From positions 88,130 through 152,129 of the forward strand of contig NMRA01000761.1 of assembly GCA_002633005.1 (NCBI GenBank): a stretch of 64,000 nt of DNA. The letters are read 5' to 3'. The DNA comes from Phoronis australis. Its lineage: Eukaryota > Animalia > Phoronida. The position numbers and the translations under genes are program-made. The notes below the pieces were generated by a model. It made no database searches, was not told the origin of the DNA, and was given only the letters and a program-made list of their open reading frames with translations. Every line of letters starts with the position of its first letter. Positions within the stretch are counted from its first letter, which is position 1. Below are positions 1-13,000 of the stretch, piece by piece.

Positions 1-1055
1 ACGAAATTTACACATAACACGTACTTCCGGAAGTACTGGAAGCCTATTGTTTTTCGTCAATTCGGATCCAAAATGGCGGCTGTGGCGGCCATTTTGTTTC
101 CATTTAAAGGTTCAAATGCTACATTTGTTTACGTAAAAGGCTAAGAATCGGCACAGGAAATGGACCGGAAGTTTGCTACAAGTATACCGGAAATTGTTTA
201 CTTCCGGTTAAAGATGGCGGAAATATCGGCGATCGCGCACCTCGATTTTGGCCTAAAAACGTTTTCTCCTGTAGAGGGCGCATTGTAAGACCAATTCCTT
301 CGAATTCTAACAGGTATTAGTTTCTTATGACATGCTATTATACAAAGCTAAAAAACAGGAAGTTGCTTTCAAGATGGCGGATCTGGCGCATGTTGACCCA
401 TTTTCAGTCGTACTGGAGTGCGATTTTAAACAGGAACAGAAAAAGACGGGATTTTTTGCATGTGGATTCTTTGAAGTATATTCTTTCAAATGGTCTCTAA
501 CAATTTTTTTTCTCAGACTTACCGTTTTTGAGTTATTTGACTTTGAATTTCTTAAAGAAAAACGCAAAATTTAATTTTTTTCAAAAAATTTATGGAATTA
601 GGCGATACCATCAGTTTAGATAGAATTTTGAACGGGCTTTCAGAAGATGTTTTCCATTTTTCGCTAGGACGTCTACTTTTCGAGTTATTGGAGATTATCT
701 GATAACGCTGTTCCTTTGTTGAGCGCTCTTGCTGCATTGATGTTGGTTTATCTTCTATTGAACTAGACTGTAGCCTATTTCTTATTGATTTATGACATCT
801 AAGTTCGTCATATGAATGTTGTGATGTTGTTCATCATTGCCACCACCATCATCATTTTCGTCATCATCTTCGTCATCATCTCCGTCGTTGTCTTTTCCGT
901 TAATTTTGCCAAGTGTCGCTCTAGACTGTAGCCTTTTTCTTACTGATTTCGGACTTCTACGTTCGTCATGTGTATGTTGTTATTACTTCTTTTGTTCATC
1001 CTCGTTTATTTAAGTTCTTGGCTATGACGTGCTTATAATTTCTTGGCTAAACCTT
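1..1055. repeat. Probable interspersed-repeat fragment: clustered AA(A/G)ATGGCGG and CCGGAA(G/A)T motifs, about 60-bp direct repeat (763 and 921) around a CAT/CGT microsatellite
   Basis: Motifs and direct repeat read directly; lies inside a GPSM intron; family unknown. Confidence 0.4.
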
Positions 1056-1255
1056 TATTCAGTAACTGTCAAGTGCATGCACCAGATCAAATTTCTGACA
1101 ATGTCTTATGTGACTTTTATAGAAACACAATCATGATATCACCTTGCATTTGAAGTGGATCTTGTGATCTTTTAGCCTTGTCTCCCAAGTATATTTACTT
1201 CATGGAATAGGCCCTGAACTGCACCACCTCTTGGTCTAGTAGCTTACATAGAGCT

Positions 1256-1847
1256 CTCGCTGGTTCCCTCCGTGCTTAGCCCAGCCAGCACGCAGGTATC
1301 ACGCAGTGGCACACGCTTTAGCATTGGTCGGTGTAACCTCGACAGTCATTGGTTAGCTTTACAACACCGTGAAAAAATGGCGGACTGTGAACAATTTTGA
1401 GCCTTGTCATGCAAGTGGCGTCGCAGAAACTATTTCGTTTTTGCAGTGAGGTTTAATAGCCGCATGCTTGAAGCACATACATGTACAATAAACACATATC
1501 TGGCCGATTTAACTGGTGTGTTATTCATACTGTATGAATACAGGACACTATTGTAAAAAAAAGTCATCGACAGTAGAAAGATGCATTCCGAAAAGGTGCA
1601 ATCGCAATTTCTAGGCTTCACATTTCCTGAATATAAATTTTAAGCACCGATTTGTCTGTACAACAGACCGCATTTATACTTCAGTCCATCAGTCATGCTA
1701 GTTTGTTTGCGTAAAGCGTTGCCTGTTGAGAATTCGACAAGCCAATCAGAAACGTAGGTGTAAAAAAGTTTCGCAAGAAAAATTAAGTGATACCTGCGTA
1801 CTGGCGCGGCTACCGCCTCACCTAGCGGCACGCAAGGAACCAGCGAG
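1256..1847. mobile_element. Non-autonomous TIR element (MITE) with 8-10 bp TSD
   Basis: TIR CTCGCTGGTTCC...GGAACCAGCGAG plus subterminal GCCAGYACGCAGGTATCAC inverted match; direct repeat ACATAGAGCT at 1246-1255 and 1848-1857. Confidence 0.85.
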
Positions 1848-1995
1848 ACATAGAGCTGATAGCAACATCACCTTGTGGGGAAGTGGATAACCAGTAGTTT
1901 TCCTAGACCTTATAGCAGCGCCAACTCGTGGAGAACTGGAAGACCAGTATTTTTCATAGGCCTGATAGCACCACCACCTTGTGGGGAACAAAGAC
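1848..1995 (+). repeat. Degenerate minisatellite, about 3 copies of a 50-55 bp unit (CATAGGCCTGATAGCACCACCACCTTGTGGGGAA...)
   Basis: Units visible directly right of the MITE; a related piece lies left of it (1207-1235). Confidence 0.6.
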
Positions 1996-4900
1996 AGTAG
2001 ATAGACTCAAGATAAGTGAAAATGAACTAGTAACTTCTAATCTGACAGGAACCAGTTTACACCTTTACAGTTGCATTTTGTCCTGTTTAGCTGCCTAAAA
2101 GTGTAAAATTGGTCTGCTAATACTCCTTTCGACGACAAGATTGTATTTCCCTTACTGAAACAAGGACATAGAAATCGTCACCCGAAAAAGTTTCAGAATT
2201 TATTGTGGTTGGTCTACTCGAAAATTGCGATTTAAAAATGATGCAGATACACATAGTGACTTGGGTTGCCGGCTGATTCGGCAACAGTTCTAGATCTGGG
2301 CCCAGTTGCATGAAAGTTATATACCATATAGCAACAATGATGTCGCATTATCACGCGCCCGTTGTTATTGTTGAACAGTACACCTGACGTCATGCAACTA
2401 TGAAACTCATCCAGCGGATAACTGAAGTTTTATGTAACCCAGCCCTGGAGGACACAGCAATTTTTAAACCTGTTAGTGCTTCAGTAAAGAATTCAACATG
2501 TGAAAGTTAAACAGGGGTGGAAATACTGCTCTATTAGGTTGAAAGAACATTTTGTTTCCATTTTCACAGAAGTTATTTAACAAATACCACCTTGTGGGGA
2601 ACAATCCAGTGTGCTGTGAGACACGGAAATTGTTTCTGTCTGTATTCTGGTAGCATTAATTAGCACATTAATCTATCAAGCTCAGAGAATGCATTCCCTA
2701 TGCCATGGTGACATTCGGTGACATTGTAGGCTTGTTCGCGAGAAAATTTCGCTGACACGTTGTGACATTTTGAGAATTCTGTGACAGAATGAGTCAAGTA
2801 GTTTGTGTTTGTAGTATTTGTTGGGTTTACAGTTATTGTGTGCTTCATCAAGTGGTGGTTGTTTTTTCACAAATTGTAAAATTATGGAATTCATAGTTAT
2901 CGCTGGTAGTTATCGTGTCTTGCACCTGTGACAAAACCAAAGTTCATAATGTGACTTGTACATGCAAGACACCAAAAAGGGTGTGACAATAATAATGAGA
3001 CTTCCTGTCACATTTTGAAAATTTGAGATATGACAAATTATGACTTGCCATTAAAACACGAATCCATTTTGCGCATGTCAAAATTGTGTTATCTTTATTG
3101 TGTTTGGGTACTTCAAATCTCACTTTTTTGATTTTCACCCTTTCAGACATGCACATTCATTACCTCTTTCGTCTGCTCGTTTATTTAGCTAATAGACAGA
3201 ATAAGTCCATGTAAATCAATAACACTACTTACTGTTATTAACTACAGGTGGCATTTTCAGTCCTGGGGCCAATTCAGATGCGCAATATTATGCAAATTTG
3301 ACTCTGGCGCGTTGTGAAACCATTTCCTGTACCATCAGTGAAGTGAGATGATTCATTATTTTTTACGATTTCTTACATTGGAGAGGTATCGAAAATTAAG
3401 GTGAGGACAGACATATAACAATCATGTGGAGATACAATCAGATATCGATGGTTTCCAAATCAAAAAACTTTTTATTCTCCTTTGAGATGTTGAGGTTATT
3501 TACTTGCTGTCAATGAATTAGCAATGAAGTTAGGAAAAACAGTGGCAGCTAAAAGAAAACACAAAGTGGCCATTTTTTCCCTGTCATAACGGCTGAGGGC
3601 AACTGGTACTCTACCATGTGACGGTAGAGTGTATGCTGATTTGACCGCCACAGAAACAATCCGTTATGTTTGGGAATCTCAAACAGATCTTGTGATATCG
3701 GATGTTGCGTGCTGCAAATGCAGACGACCGATAATCTGTATTTATTGGAACACCCGTTGACACACTGTTTCACGTGAGAGTCGCCGTTTCTATCGGAAGT
3801 TACATCGATCAAACCTAATACATATGCACGCTGTATATTGAGTGTATGAAGTTTTCTATTAACTTAAATATTCCAAGTCTGCGTCAAACCAAAGATGGTT
3901 CTATATTCCAGGTTGGAAATTCCTTGAGAGCCAGGTCAACTGTGTTTGATCATGGGTCGAGCTATATTGGGGGGGGGGTTATCGTGCAACACATAATTTT
4001 GAATTCCAGATGAAACTGTGTCCCAGAGTTCTTAATATTGACTCTCGCATAACTTATTGGCCAGGTCTGTACGCATTTTGTGTCTGCATGATGTCAAATA
4101 AAAAACAGCCACGATAGTGTCTTGGGACGCCAGGAAGTCCAATAACTAACTGTTATGAGCAATTTGAATAATTAGACAATGAACCGCAGAGAAGGTCTGT
4201 TACAGGACAGTTCACAGATTTTCATCCAACTGGGCGCAAATGGAGTTGTCGACCTGTTGGAAATAACAGTTGAGTGGCGTAATGTGTTCAATATTTTCTC
4301 TTGCAATGTTACCTTTAAAATATGTACCTGTTATGCCAGATCCTTTGTTTTTCTTCCGTTTTCGTCAGTTTCAGTGTAAAAACGAAACCCTGCTTAATTT
4401 ACGAATAACACTTTAGCATGTGGTGAATACATTGAATGTAGATGCCTATCCTGGATCGCATTGAGAGACATACTAATTGAAACAACTTTTAGCAGACCGT
4501 TGTTTTGTCTAGATAGATTTGGCTAGATGGCTCTCATTCATGGCTGACACGGATAAAAAATTGTGACTTGTGCTGTGTATTGTCCATTATGCTTTGGTTC
4601 AGACGAATGCGTTATCAGTCGGTCCACTACAGACAATACGACATCACACGTACTGATTTTGATTGGGAATATTCTAAAAATAATTTCCTTATCCAAACCT
4701 GGAATGTAATAATACTAAACATCTCTTGCAATAATAGGAAGTGATATGGAGAACTAACAATTTTTGTAATATGGGTAATTTTCGGATATAATGTGCCCGC
4801 ATTTTGAGACCGGTTTCTCCACTGAATAAGGGGTATCATATTAGTTGTCAAAATGCAAGCACTTTACATCTGACTATTGCCATAGTATGTTGCGGTGTTA

Positions 4901-6940
4901 AAGCGACCTGTGATGTGGTGTACAAAAGGTTTGAAGATAGTCGAAGTGACAAGTGTTTTACCTACTATAAGAAATTGGAGATTTCTTAATTTACTTATCG
5001 ATGGGTGTTGATGCATGCTGAAGTGTTGATTGAAACCCTGATGATGTATTGTGGTCAGCCAATCTAACACTGCTGTGGTGCAGCAAAACATGCTGTTTGA
5101 CAATGATGCTGTTCTCCTGTCTTGTGGCAACGTTCAAGGTGCTGCACCAGGATTGTGGTTTGAATTGGACGATTTGAACTAGGATGTAGGCTGTGGTGTC
5201 TATACCAGAAATTCCTGCTTTTTTGGCGTTGACGAAGGAACGTAAAGCTGTATGGGCAATCAAATAACGTGATAGTTGCGTCTAGGCTATTAGTGGAACT
5301 ACTGTTGGTGAATTAGTGAGATGCATTGATTTGAGTTTCGGAATTTAGATGTGCTCAAGAATTCTGACCATCCCCAGTAGAGGCAGGGCATGATGACTGA
5401 AGTATAGGATATCTGACCTTCCTGTTTGACCAACAGCTAGTTGATGACAACAATTGAATTTGCTTTCTGAAGAATAAGGTGTCCATTAAATGTAAATTTA
5501 TTTAGGCATGCGTTCATTCTGTGCTATGGTGATGGCGATCTCATTAGTGTTTCCTTCGTGATGTTCGCAGAATAACCACGCAGTGGCCGCTGGTAGTAGC
5601 TTAATTGCTTAGACAGACTCAGTTTGAATGTTTTCCAATTAAACTAATTGAATGGGTCTCCATGCCTATCTTACTTCACAGCAAAGTTATTCTATAGACC
5701 ATGTCGACGTCACTTTATTACAAATCCCACTGCTTGACTGGTGTTGCCGAATGGGGAAGGAACGTTTTTTATAACAAACTCGGCTTATTGATTTTAAAGG
5801 AGTTTTTAATTACGAGTTAAACGGGAAGCAAAGTAGATTGCAGGTAAATAGTGTGCATACTCACTGGTTTTTGACCTTGATGCAGTGCAGGGGTTCCATA
5901 GTACTCGATGTTTCTAGGAACTGGCAGAGGTCTCTCTATGAAGGTATGGGATTGTTCATAATGTCACTCACTGGTCGGTAGTCCTGGTGTTAGATGCTCT
6001 TTTGTTTTTTATTGGCGATTGTAAAGGCAGTTATTATTGCCGAGTATTATGTTTGCCAGCAAACTTGAGTTCGGTTTAATGCAGTAAAATCTCACCAGTT
6101 TGGGGAACAGGTACAATTATTTTCGTATTTTTTGTAAAAACTATTTAATGTCAAATTAAGGTTTCAGCGGGCTGGAGTTCTGTACCGTGGCTACCACTGG
6201 AGAATATTTTGAAAATTCTTTCACATTCACAGCATCATTGGAAGACCTTGAAAATGAGAGAACAAGTAGTCAATTTATGATTTTTTTGCCTGAAGTAGGT
6301 GAGATTTCATGTTACAATATACGGTAATAAATGGACAGAAACAGTACGCCTACAGTAAACTTGCTGTCCAGAGTGAGTGAAGAAGTCGATAGGAGGGGAT
6401 AGAAAACTTGTTTTGGCAAATTGTGTCGGCAGTAATTATTAAGAAGGTTGTGGTTGGTTTGATTTATTGGCTGTTATTTTTCCTGTTAGATTTAAGCGAT
6501 TTAAATGCCATTAAAATTCTGTTATAATGCTAAAAATCGTTTGTGACTGGTATCTTTATAAAGTTATGTTGAGAACTGCTTAGGTGCCTCAAAAATAGCC
6601 AACTTGAGAGTTGAACTTCACCTGTGAGCTCCATTCCGCCCACAGTGTTACTGTAGAAAACCTGGAATGTTAACATCCGCATTCATTATCAGATTACCTT
6701 ATTTTACCACTCGATTTTTTTGGATCATCGTAAAAATAAGTTGAAACATTGGACTCTTGCCATTTTGTGAAACGGATTGTGCCAAGGTAACGGTCATATT
6801 ACTTAAACAGTGCTCGGTTAAAAGCACTGAGTGCCTGTAGTGAAATGTGCCACGGGTTTTCACAAGTTCTTTTCATGGTTTATTGTAGCCGTTGATACCC
6901 GCTACAAGTTTGCCCGTCACGAGTGTCTTGCTACTTTCAG

Positions 6941-7056
6941 AGGCTAGCGATCGCTCGTGAATTTGGAGACAAATCAGCGGAGAGACGAGCATACAGCAAT
7001 CTAGGAAATGCGCACATATTCTTGGGAGAATTTGAAGTTGCCGCGGATCAATATAA
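6941..7056 (+). CDS. GPSM2: GPSM exon (TPR): RLAIAREFGDKSAERRAYSNLGNAHIFLGEFEVAADQY(K)
   Basis: Acceptor ctactttcag|, donor AA|gtgagt; phase 0 to 2; very close to LGN TPR sequence; absent from the ORF track. Confidence 0.95.
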
Positions 7057-10000
7057 GTGAGTATACGTGTGCGTTCCACGGATGCGAGGATATCGCAAAA
7101 ACGCAAGGCTTCGGCAGATATTGTCTTGTATTACTAGTGAAGAGTGATCGAACTAGCTTCCTCTACTTGTTTCTTGCATCTATGGAACTCGGCCCAGATA
7201 CCCTTAGTCTTTGAAATGAGTGTGTTTGGGAGCTTATGGTGTCTATGCAGCTAGTTTATCAAAAGCTATTTTATTTTACAAAACTGTCATTTGTCGACTT
7301 TTCGAATGCCAACTATCCTACTTATTTTACAAATTTTCAACAGTACCAAAGTGTAGTTGCTGATCCATCCTGGAAAGTTTGTTGTAATCGAATTAATCTG
7401 GTCTGTTGGACAGTTCTCACAAAGTTATACTCCTACAATCTCGGGGGCATCGAACTTCCTTCAAAGGGAAAATGGTAAAATGAAGATTGGTGGAGCTCAG
7501 TTCTGAATGTCGTCTGCTAGGGATGAGAGCCTACGTGAGGTTGGTAACCAGACGAGATCTCATGGGAAAGCAATAGACAATGAATCCCACCAATCTTCAG
7601 TACCATGTTTCCTTTAAAGGAGGCTTGATGCCTCTGAGGTTCTAAAAGTATAATTGTGAGAGTATTTTCCGGCACATTAGATTTAATTTGATTACAATTT
7701 TTTGTCAGGCGAACACGACACTTCTAAACAGTTGGGTCTAGTGGACCCATCTCCCAAAATTAATGTTTTTGGTGCTTTTAAATTTTTTGGGTTCTGGAAA
7801 TGGTCATCAGGCTAACCGAGATGGACCACAATATATAATTCATTTGAAAAAAGTACCGACGCTATTCTTGTGGTACTCGTGGAAAGTACTGGCAGATAAT
7901 TGAGATATGAAATGGAAGATTTTCATGTTTTGTGATTTATTCTGTTCCACTTTATCAGAATTACACTCGGCTGACATGCCCATACATTCAGAATGGATCT
8001 ATTGCATCTCATTTGCTTAAAAATTGCATAGTGAGCGCTGGTCAACTATTAACACTGGCCTCTGAACAGTGCAGTTTCGAGACACGTGAAGAGTTTCTTC
8101 AATGTTAATTGTGATTGGCTTACGGTAGAAAATAGAATTTCAATTTAATTATTCATATTGTGTGTTCCAAATTTGATATGAAAATCGTGTTCTCTGTATT
8201 GCAGACAGACGTTACAAATCGCCAAGCAACTTGGTGACCTGGCTTTAGAGGCTCAGGCCTGCTACAGTCTTGGCAACACGTACACCCTTCTACGCGACTA
8301 TGAGGCTGCCGTGGAGTACCACGTGCGCCATCTACGGATAGCGCAGGAACTGAAGGACCGTGTGGGCGAGGGGCGAGCCTGCTGGAGCCTCGGTAACGCG
8401 CACACCGCTCTTGGCAACCATGAGAAGGCAGTGCATTTTGCCAAGAGGCACTACGACATTTCACGTGAGGTGAGTCACAATTGTACGTTAACTCTTCTTT
8501 TATGTAGTGTGCAACATAGCCTGTAATTGAAACTCCATGTTGTTTACTAGCATGGTTTGCATTGTGTAGACATAGTAAAGCACCTATTGGCAACGTTTCC
8601 ATTATAGTGACCAAGGCAACCAGCCTTTGAAAAAAATGGAAAAATGGTGACAATTGCGGCAATTTGTTCTTGTAATTTGCAACGGAAGTTGATAAAGTTG
8701 ACCATGTTCGGTTGTCTATCTGTACTACCTTGTGGGGGAAGCTACGGTAAGCTATTGGCACAGACATGGCCTTTTAGGTTTTCTGAAAAGTTGAGTTTTT
8801 GTTGAAGTTTGGATGAAAGTTGGGAAGAAAGAAGATTAAATAGATCTTGAATTGTTGGAAATAGTTGTCAAATATTAATTTAAAATCTGTTTTTTTAAAG
8901 ACTTTGCGAGATGATAATTGTCATCTTTTTGAAATCTAGTATTTGGTAGCACTCTCCACCAGGGGGTGCTGTAACACAACAATAAACCTGTTTTCTCTGA
9001 ATAACTGTCATCAGACTGTTTCTCTAAATCTTGGACCCCTGGAGGTGACTATTACTTAATATGTTGTGGTGAAGTGGAATAAATTAACTTATCAAATTAT
9101 GCTGACATTACATGGGATTTGACTTTGAAATTGTGCAAAAGGGGGTGCTAGTGGTTACCGTGATATTTTGCTGTCTAAAAATCTAAGGTGCTTTGTTACT
9201 GGGTGCTGCACTACTCGTCCATGTAACTGATTTCTATGGTTCTATTTCCATTAAATCCTCGCATGTTGCAAAACTTATCAATGCACATAATTATGCTTCA
9301 GTTAAAGCAGTCACCAAACTATTTCTGTTGGAAAATCCTTTCTGGAAAATTTATGCTTGGTTACTCTCGGGAGTCATTGAAAACGAAATCCAATATGCCC
9401 TTGATGATTATGCAACCCTAATAAAGTTAACAGAGTTGTGAGGTATAGATTTTCTTGATGATAATTGTTTTTAAAATAGAATGCAATTTTCAGATTACTT
9501 GGAACCAGTCAGCCATTTGTTGTTGTGAAAGTGAATTGCATTATTGCAGATTCTGTACTTCTCTCTTTCTCTATGCTTTCGAACAAGGTTATACTCGATG
9601 TAAAGCATTTTGCTGCAGCTGCACACTCTATGGGTAGTATCTATTAAATGCTGCATTATGATGGTACACGCGTCGTCGTTGTAATTCGCCTGGTTTGGTT
9701 TTGTTTGTGTTTAGATATTTCTCCATTAGATTTCTAATTCTTGGTTTCTATGCTCTTGGAATTGATCCATATATGAGTTGTAACGTTTCGTGATAAGCGA
9801 ACATTTATTAAGCATTCGTGTTATATGCAAGATATTCTTCGCTAAGTGTTCGAGCAGCCCTCATTAAATTATTGTAATGTGTGGCCATGTTAGTTTAAGA
9901 ACCCAACTTGGTGAATGCGGTCGTGCTATACTACGCCTCATAGTTTTAGTTGCCGTGACTACCATCGTTGTCACAGAAACCAGGAAATTTTCGTCCGAGG

Positions 10001-13000
10001 TGATCGGGAAATGTGCACGAAAATCTAATACTGCTTCCATAATAATTCTGGTTCTTTGCAATGCAAATTAACCCACATTTTTCCGTGACGCCTGGTAAAG
10101 CCATTTTCAGGACGGCGAAGCCTAGCTGAGACGACAACAGCAATCATTGATTGGTTTTATATCAAATTATTTCAACATTATCTAGTCATTAAGTGGAGTG
10201 CTGAGACACAGAACACGTCATATGAACAAAGGAAAAATGCAAAAAAGGATTTCAACAAAATCCGGTCATTGAGTGAATTGGTGAAATACAGTAAACAAAG
10301 CTGAACAGAGGAAACATCCAAGTTGTTGAAATCCAGTGCACTCAAACATAGTCTCGTCAAACGATACCCGAAGTAGCCTTTTCGTATATGTCACCAGGAG
10401 AATCCAGAAAATTAACAGAATTAAATTAGGTTGTATAGAATAGGCTTTTGAACAGAACACAGTACAGGGATTCTCGCAGTGATGTAGATGAAAGTAAGTC
10501 AATGAGGCTAACTGCTAATTACATTTGGTAATTTATGGTATGAGTGTGCTCAGCGTGATGCTTCAAACACATCATAGGAACCAAATTTGTGGATGTCATC
10601 ATTCCAGGTGGGTTTTAAGTTGCTTGTCCACTGAAGGTGGGTTAGTTTCAGTTTCTGTGGCAGTATGGCCAACAGGGGCGTCCTAGGCGATCTAGTGTAA
10701 CCAATTTCAATTCACGTAAGGGACAAGAATGCTGCAGCATTGCTTTGGAAGGGCATATGCCCAAGAAGAATCCTGGGGTTTGCTTCATGAAAGAAGACAA
10801 AAATTTGATTTTACGCTCCATTTTCAGAGTTGCTGAGAAATTATTTAGTTATATAATTATGAGCGTATTATACTCTAAACATAATTAATCGAGATTTTTC
10901 TCAGTAATTAGCAGTTTTGTTTATATTCTGGAAGGCTTTGCACTGTTGCCAGTTTTTCAGAAATAGAGTGTCGAGCGCAAGACCAGTCTTCAGTCTTAGT
11001 CTGTTTTCGTGAAGCAGACACTTGAATATCTGGTTCTTATTTGGCTTCAAATTTTCCACCAGCAAAACGCATTATCATATTTTCTGTTTTGAATTTCAAA
11101 AAATGGTTGAAAACCACGTGTTTGTTGATTTTTGTGCCCACACAGTATTCCTAATATTTTCTCTTATCTAAATTTCACTACACAGTATTTCTAATATTTT
11201 CTCTTATCTAAATTTCATTAGTGGATTTAACCGTTTACACTGCCAAGGGCAAACTGACCCCACTAGGGAGTTTAATCCGCCTATTTTGAGAGCAGTTGAA
11301 TGGTACTTCAATGTTGAAATTTAACCTTTCACACTCGGCCAATCACCCCAAGGCAGAGGAGTTGAAACGTAAGTGTGAAAGGAACTTGTTCTTGATACTT
11401 GCTGCGAACATGGCTTCATGTTGGTGCTGTGTAATTTACTATACTCTAAGGCCTGTTGATCTAGAATGTGTGTATGATGAATGGGGGTGTTGATTTGCCC
11501 AAAAATACACACAGGTATTATTCTTAGCCTACAGTAATATAGGCCATGGTGAGGCTCTTGGTGAAAGTAGTAACACTTACAAATTTCAGTAAATGAACGT
11601 AATGTGGCTAACGAGAGGACTTTATTTTGTTAAATTGCTCACAATTTGTGAACGTTAAGAAAATTCTGGATGTTGTTTTTCATGATGCCATTGTGTTGAA
11701 TGTTTATCAAAGGACTTATAGGAGTGGGTGTCTATTGGAGCATTTAGAAAATGGTGGGACTTATTGTAAAACCTTAGGTATTTGTTCCTTAAAGATTCTT
11801 CATCTAAAGCTTATTGTCAAAAGTGTGTAGATTTCTCCAGATGGGCGTGCAGGCGCAAAGAGTATCTTTGGCAGGAGTCAACATTCTCTACTGCACTTGC
11901 ACATAGCCATCAGTTGAATACACTGACTCTGTTGGTAAGCATTAAGTGCTTTCTGTCAACAAGACTCCCATTAATTGTTAGGTTAACCATCATTATTATG
12001 CTGATCTGTTCAGAGAGATCTGGGCAATCTTATCCTCCTGTGAGGTGATCATCCATGGAGTGGACAACCTATAATGAATGTGTTGTTCACTCTCCTGGCA
12101 GTTCTACAAGGTCGTGTGGCATATTGACGCAAGTTATTAGGTCTGGTGGGATGCTGGGCTATGCTTGTGCACTCCAGGGAGAATAAGCATTCCTCGGTTT
12201 TGTAGAACGCGTGCTGAAGTAGTGACGGAGAAACCACTATGGAGTACCATGAATGAGTCGTGTGTAATTTTGACGGTAAATATTTTATCTTTAGTCGTCG
12301 TTAAAGGATGTACGGTAAAATTTCACTCAGTTTGGACAAAAGTTTTTGACACGATTTTTTTCGAAATGTCATCTGGTGTAGATATTAAGCATTGAAAAGC
12401 GTTAACTTAATAGGACTTCTCTTTTTTGGAAAATGAGAAAACAAAATTTCACCTGTCCATCATTTTGTGCCTTTAATTGTTGAGAATCCACAGTTGTGCG
12501 TGGCATGGGATGACGTGAAGTTCCTGCGGCGTGCCGTTTTCAACAGGGTCATTTTACCAATTCAAAACAGTTGTATTTAAAACCGTTCTTTAACAAATAG
12601 TTGTATAGTACGTCATCCACAAATCTGTATTAAGTCAGATGGCTGCAAAACTATAGATTTTTACTCAGTTTGTATTTTGTGATAGAGAAAAGCCTTAAGA
12701 ATATAATTTTTGACTTGAATATCAAACTGCCTTTAATTGAGTCAGGGACCGAAAAGAAAGGTACAGTTCAAGCAAAACAATAAAATGACCATTTTTCATC
12801 TGAAATGCACTAATATGAAATTTCTGAAACACTGTCAGACTTCAAAATGTTCATAATACGCAAATTTTGTGGTCTTTTTAATGAAGGTCATGGCAGTTCT
12901 ATTTTGTCGGTATATAAAAGAAAATAGGAGGAACCATCGGGTGACTATTTTTAGTACACTCAGGAATTCAGTTGAGTTTGATATCATTTATAAATTATAT

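Noticed and set aside
1-400. YY1-like and ETS-like motif cluster suggesting a housekeeping promoter
   Set aside because: It lies inside a GPSM intron (the N-terminal TPR exons are upstream of the window), and such clusters are common in interspersed repeats.
8153-8767. 204-aa minus-strand ORF
   Set aside because: Antisense shadow of the GC-rich GPSM TPR exon; no recognisable domain.
10220-10850. Purine-rich, coding-like stretch that could be a decayed transposase
   Set aside because: Multiple stops and no diagnostic motif identifiable by eye.
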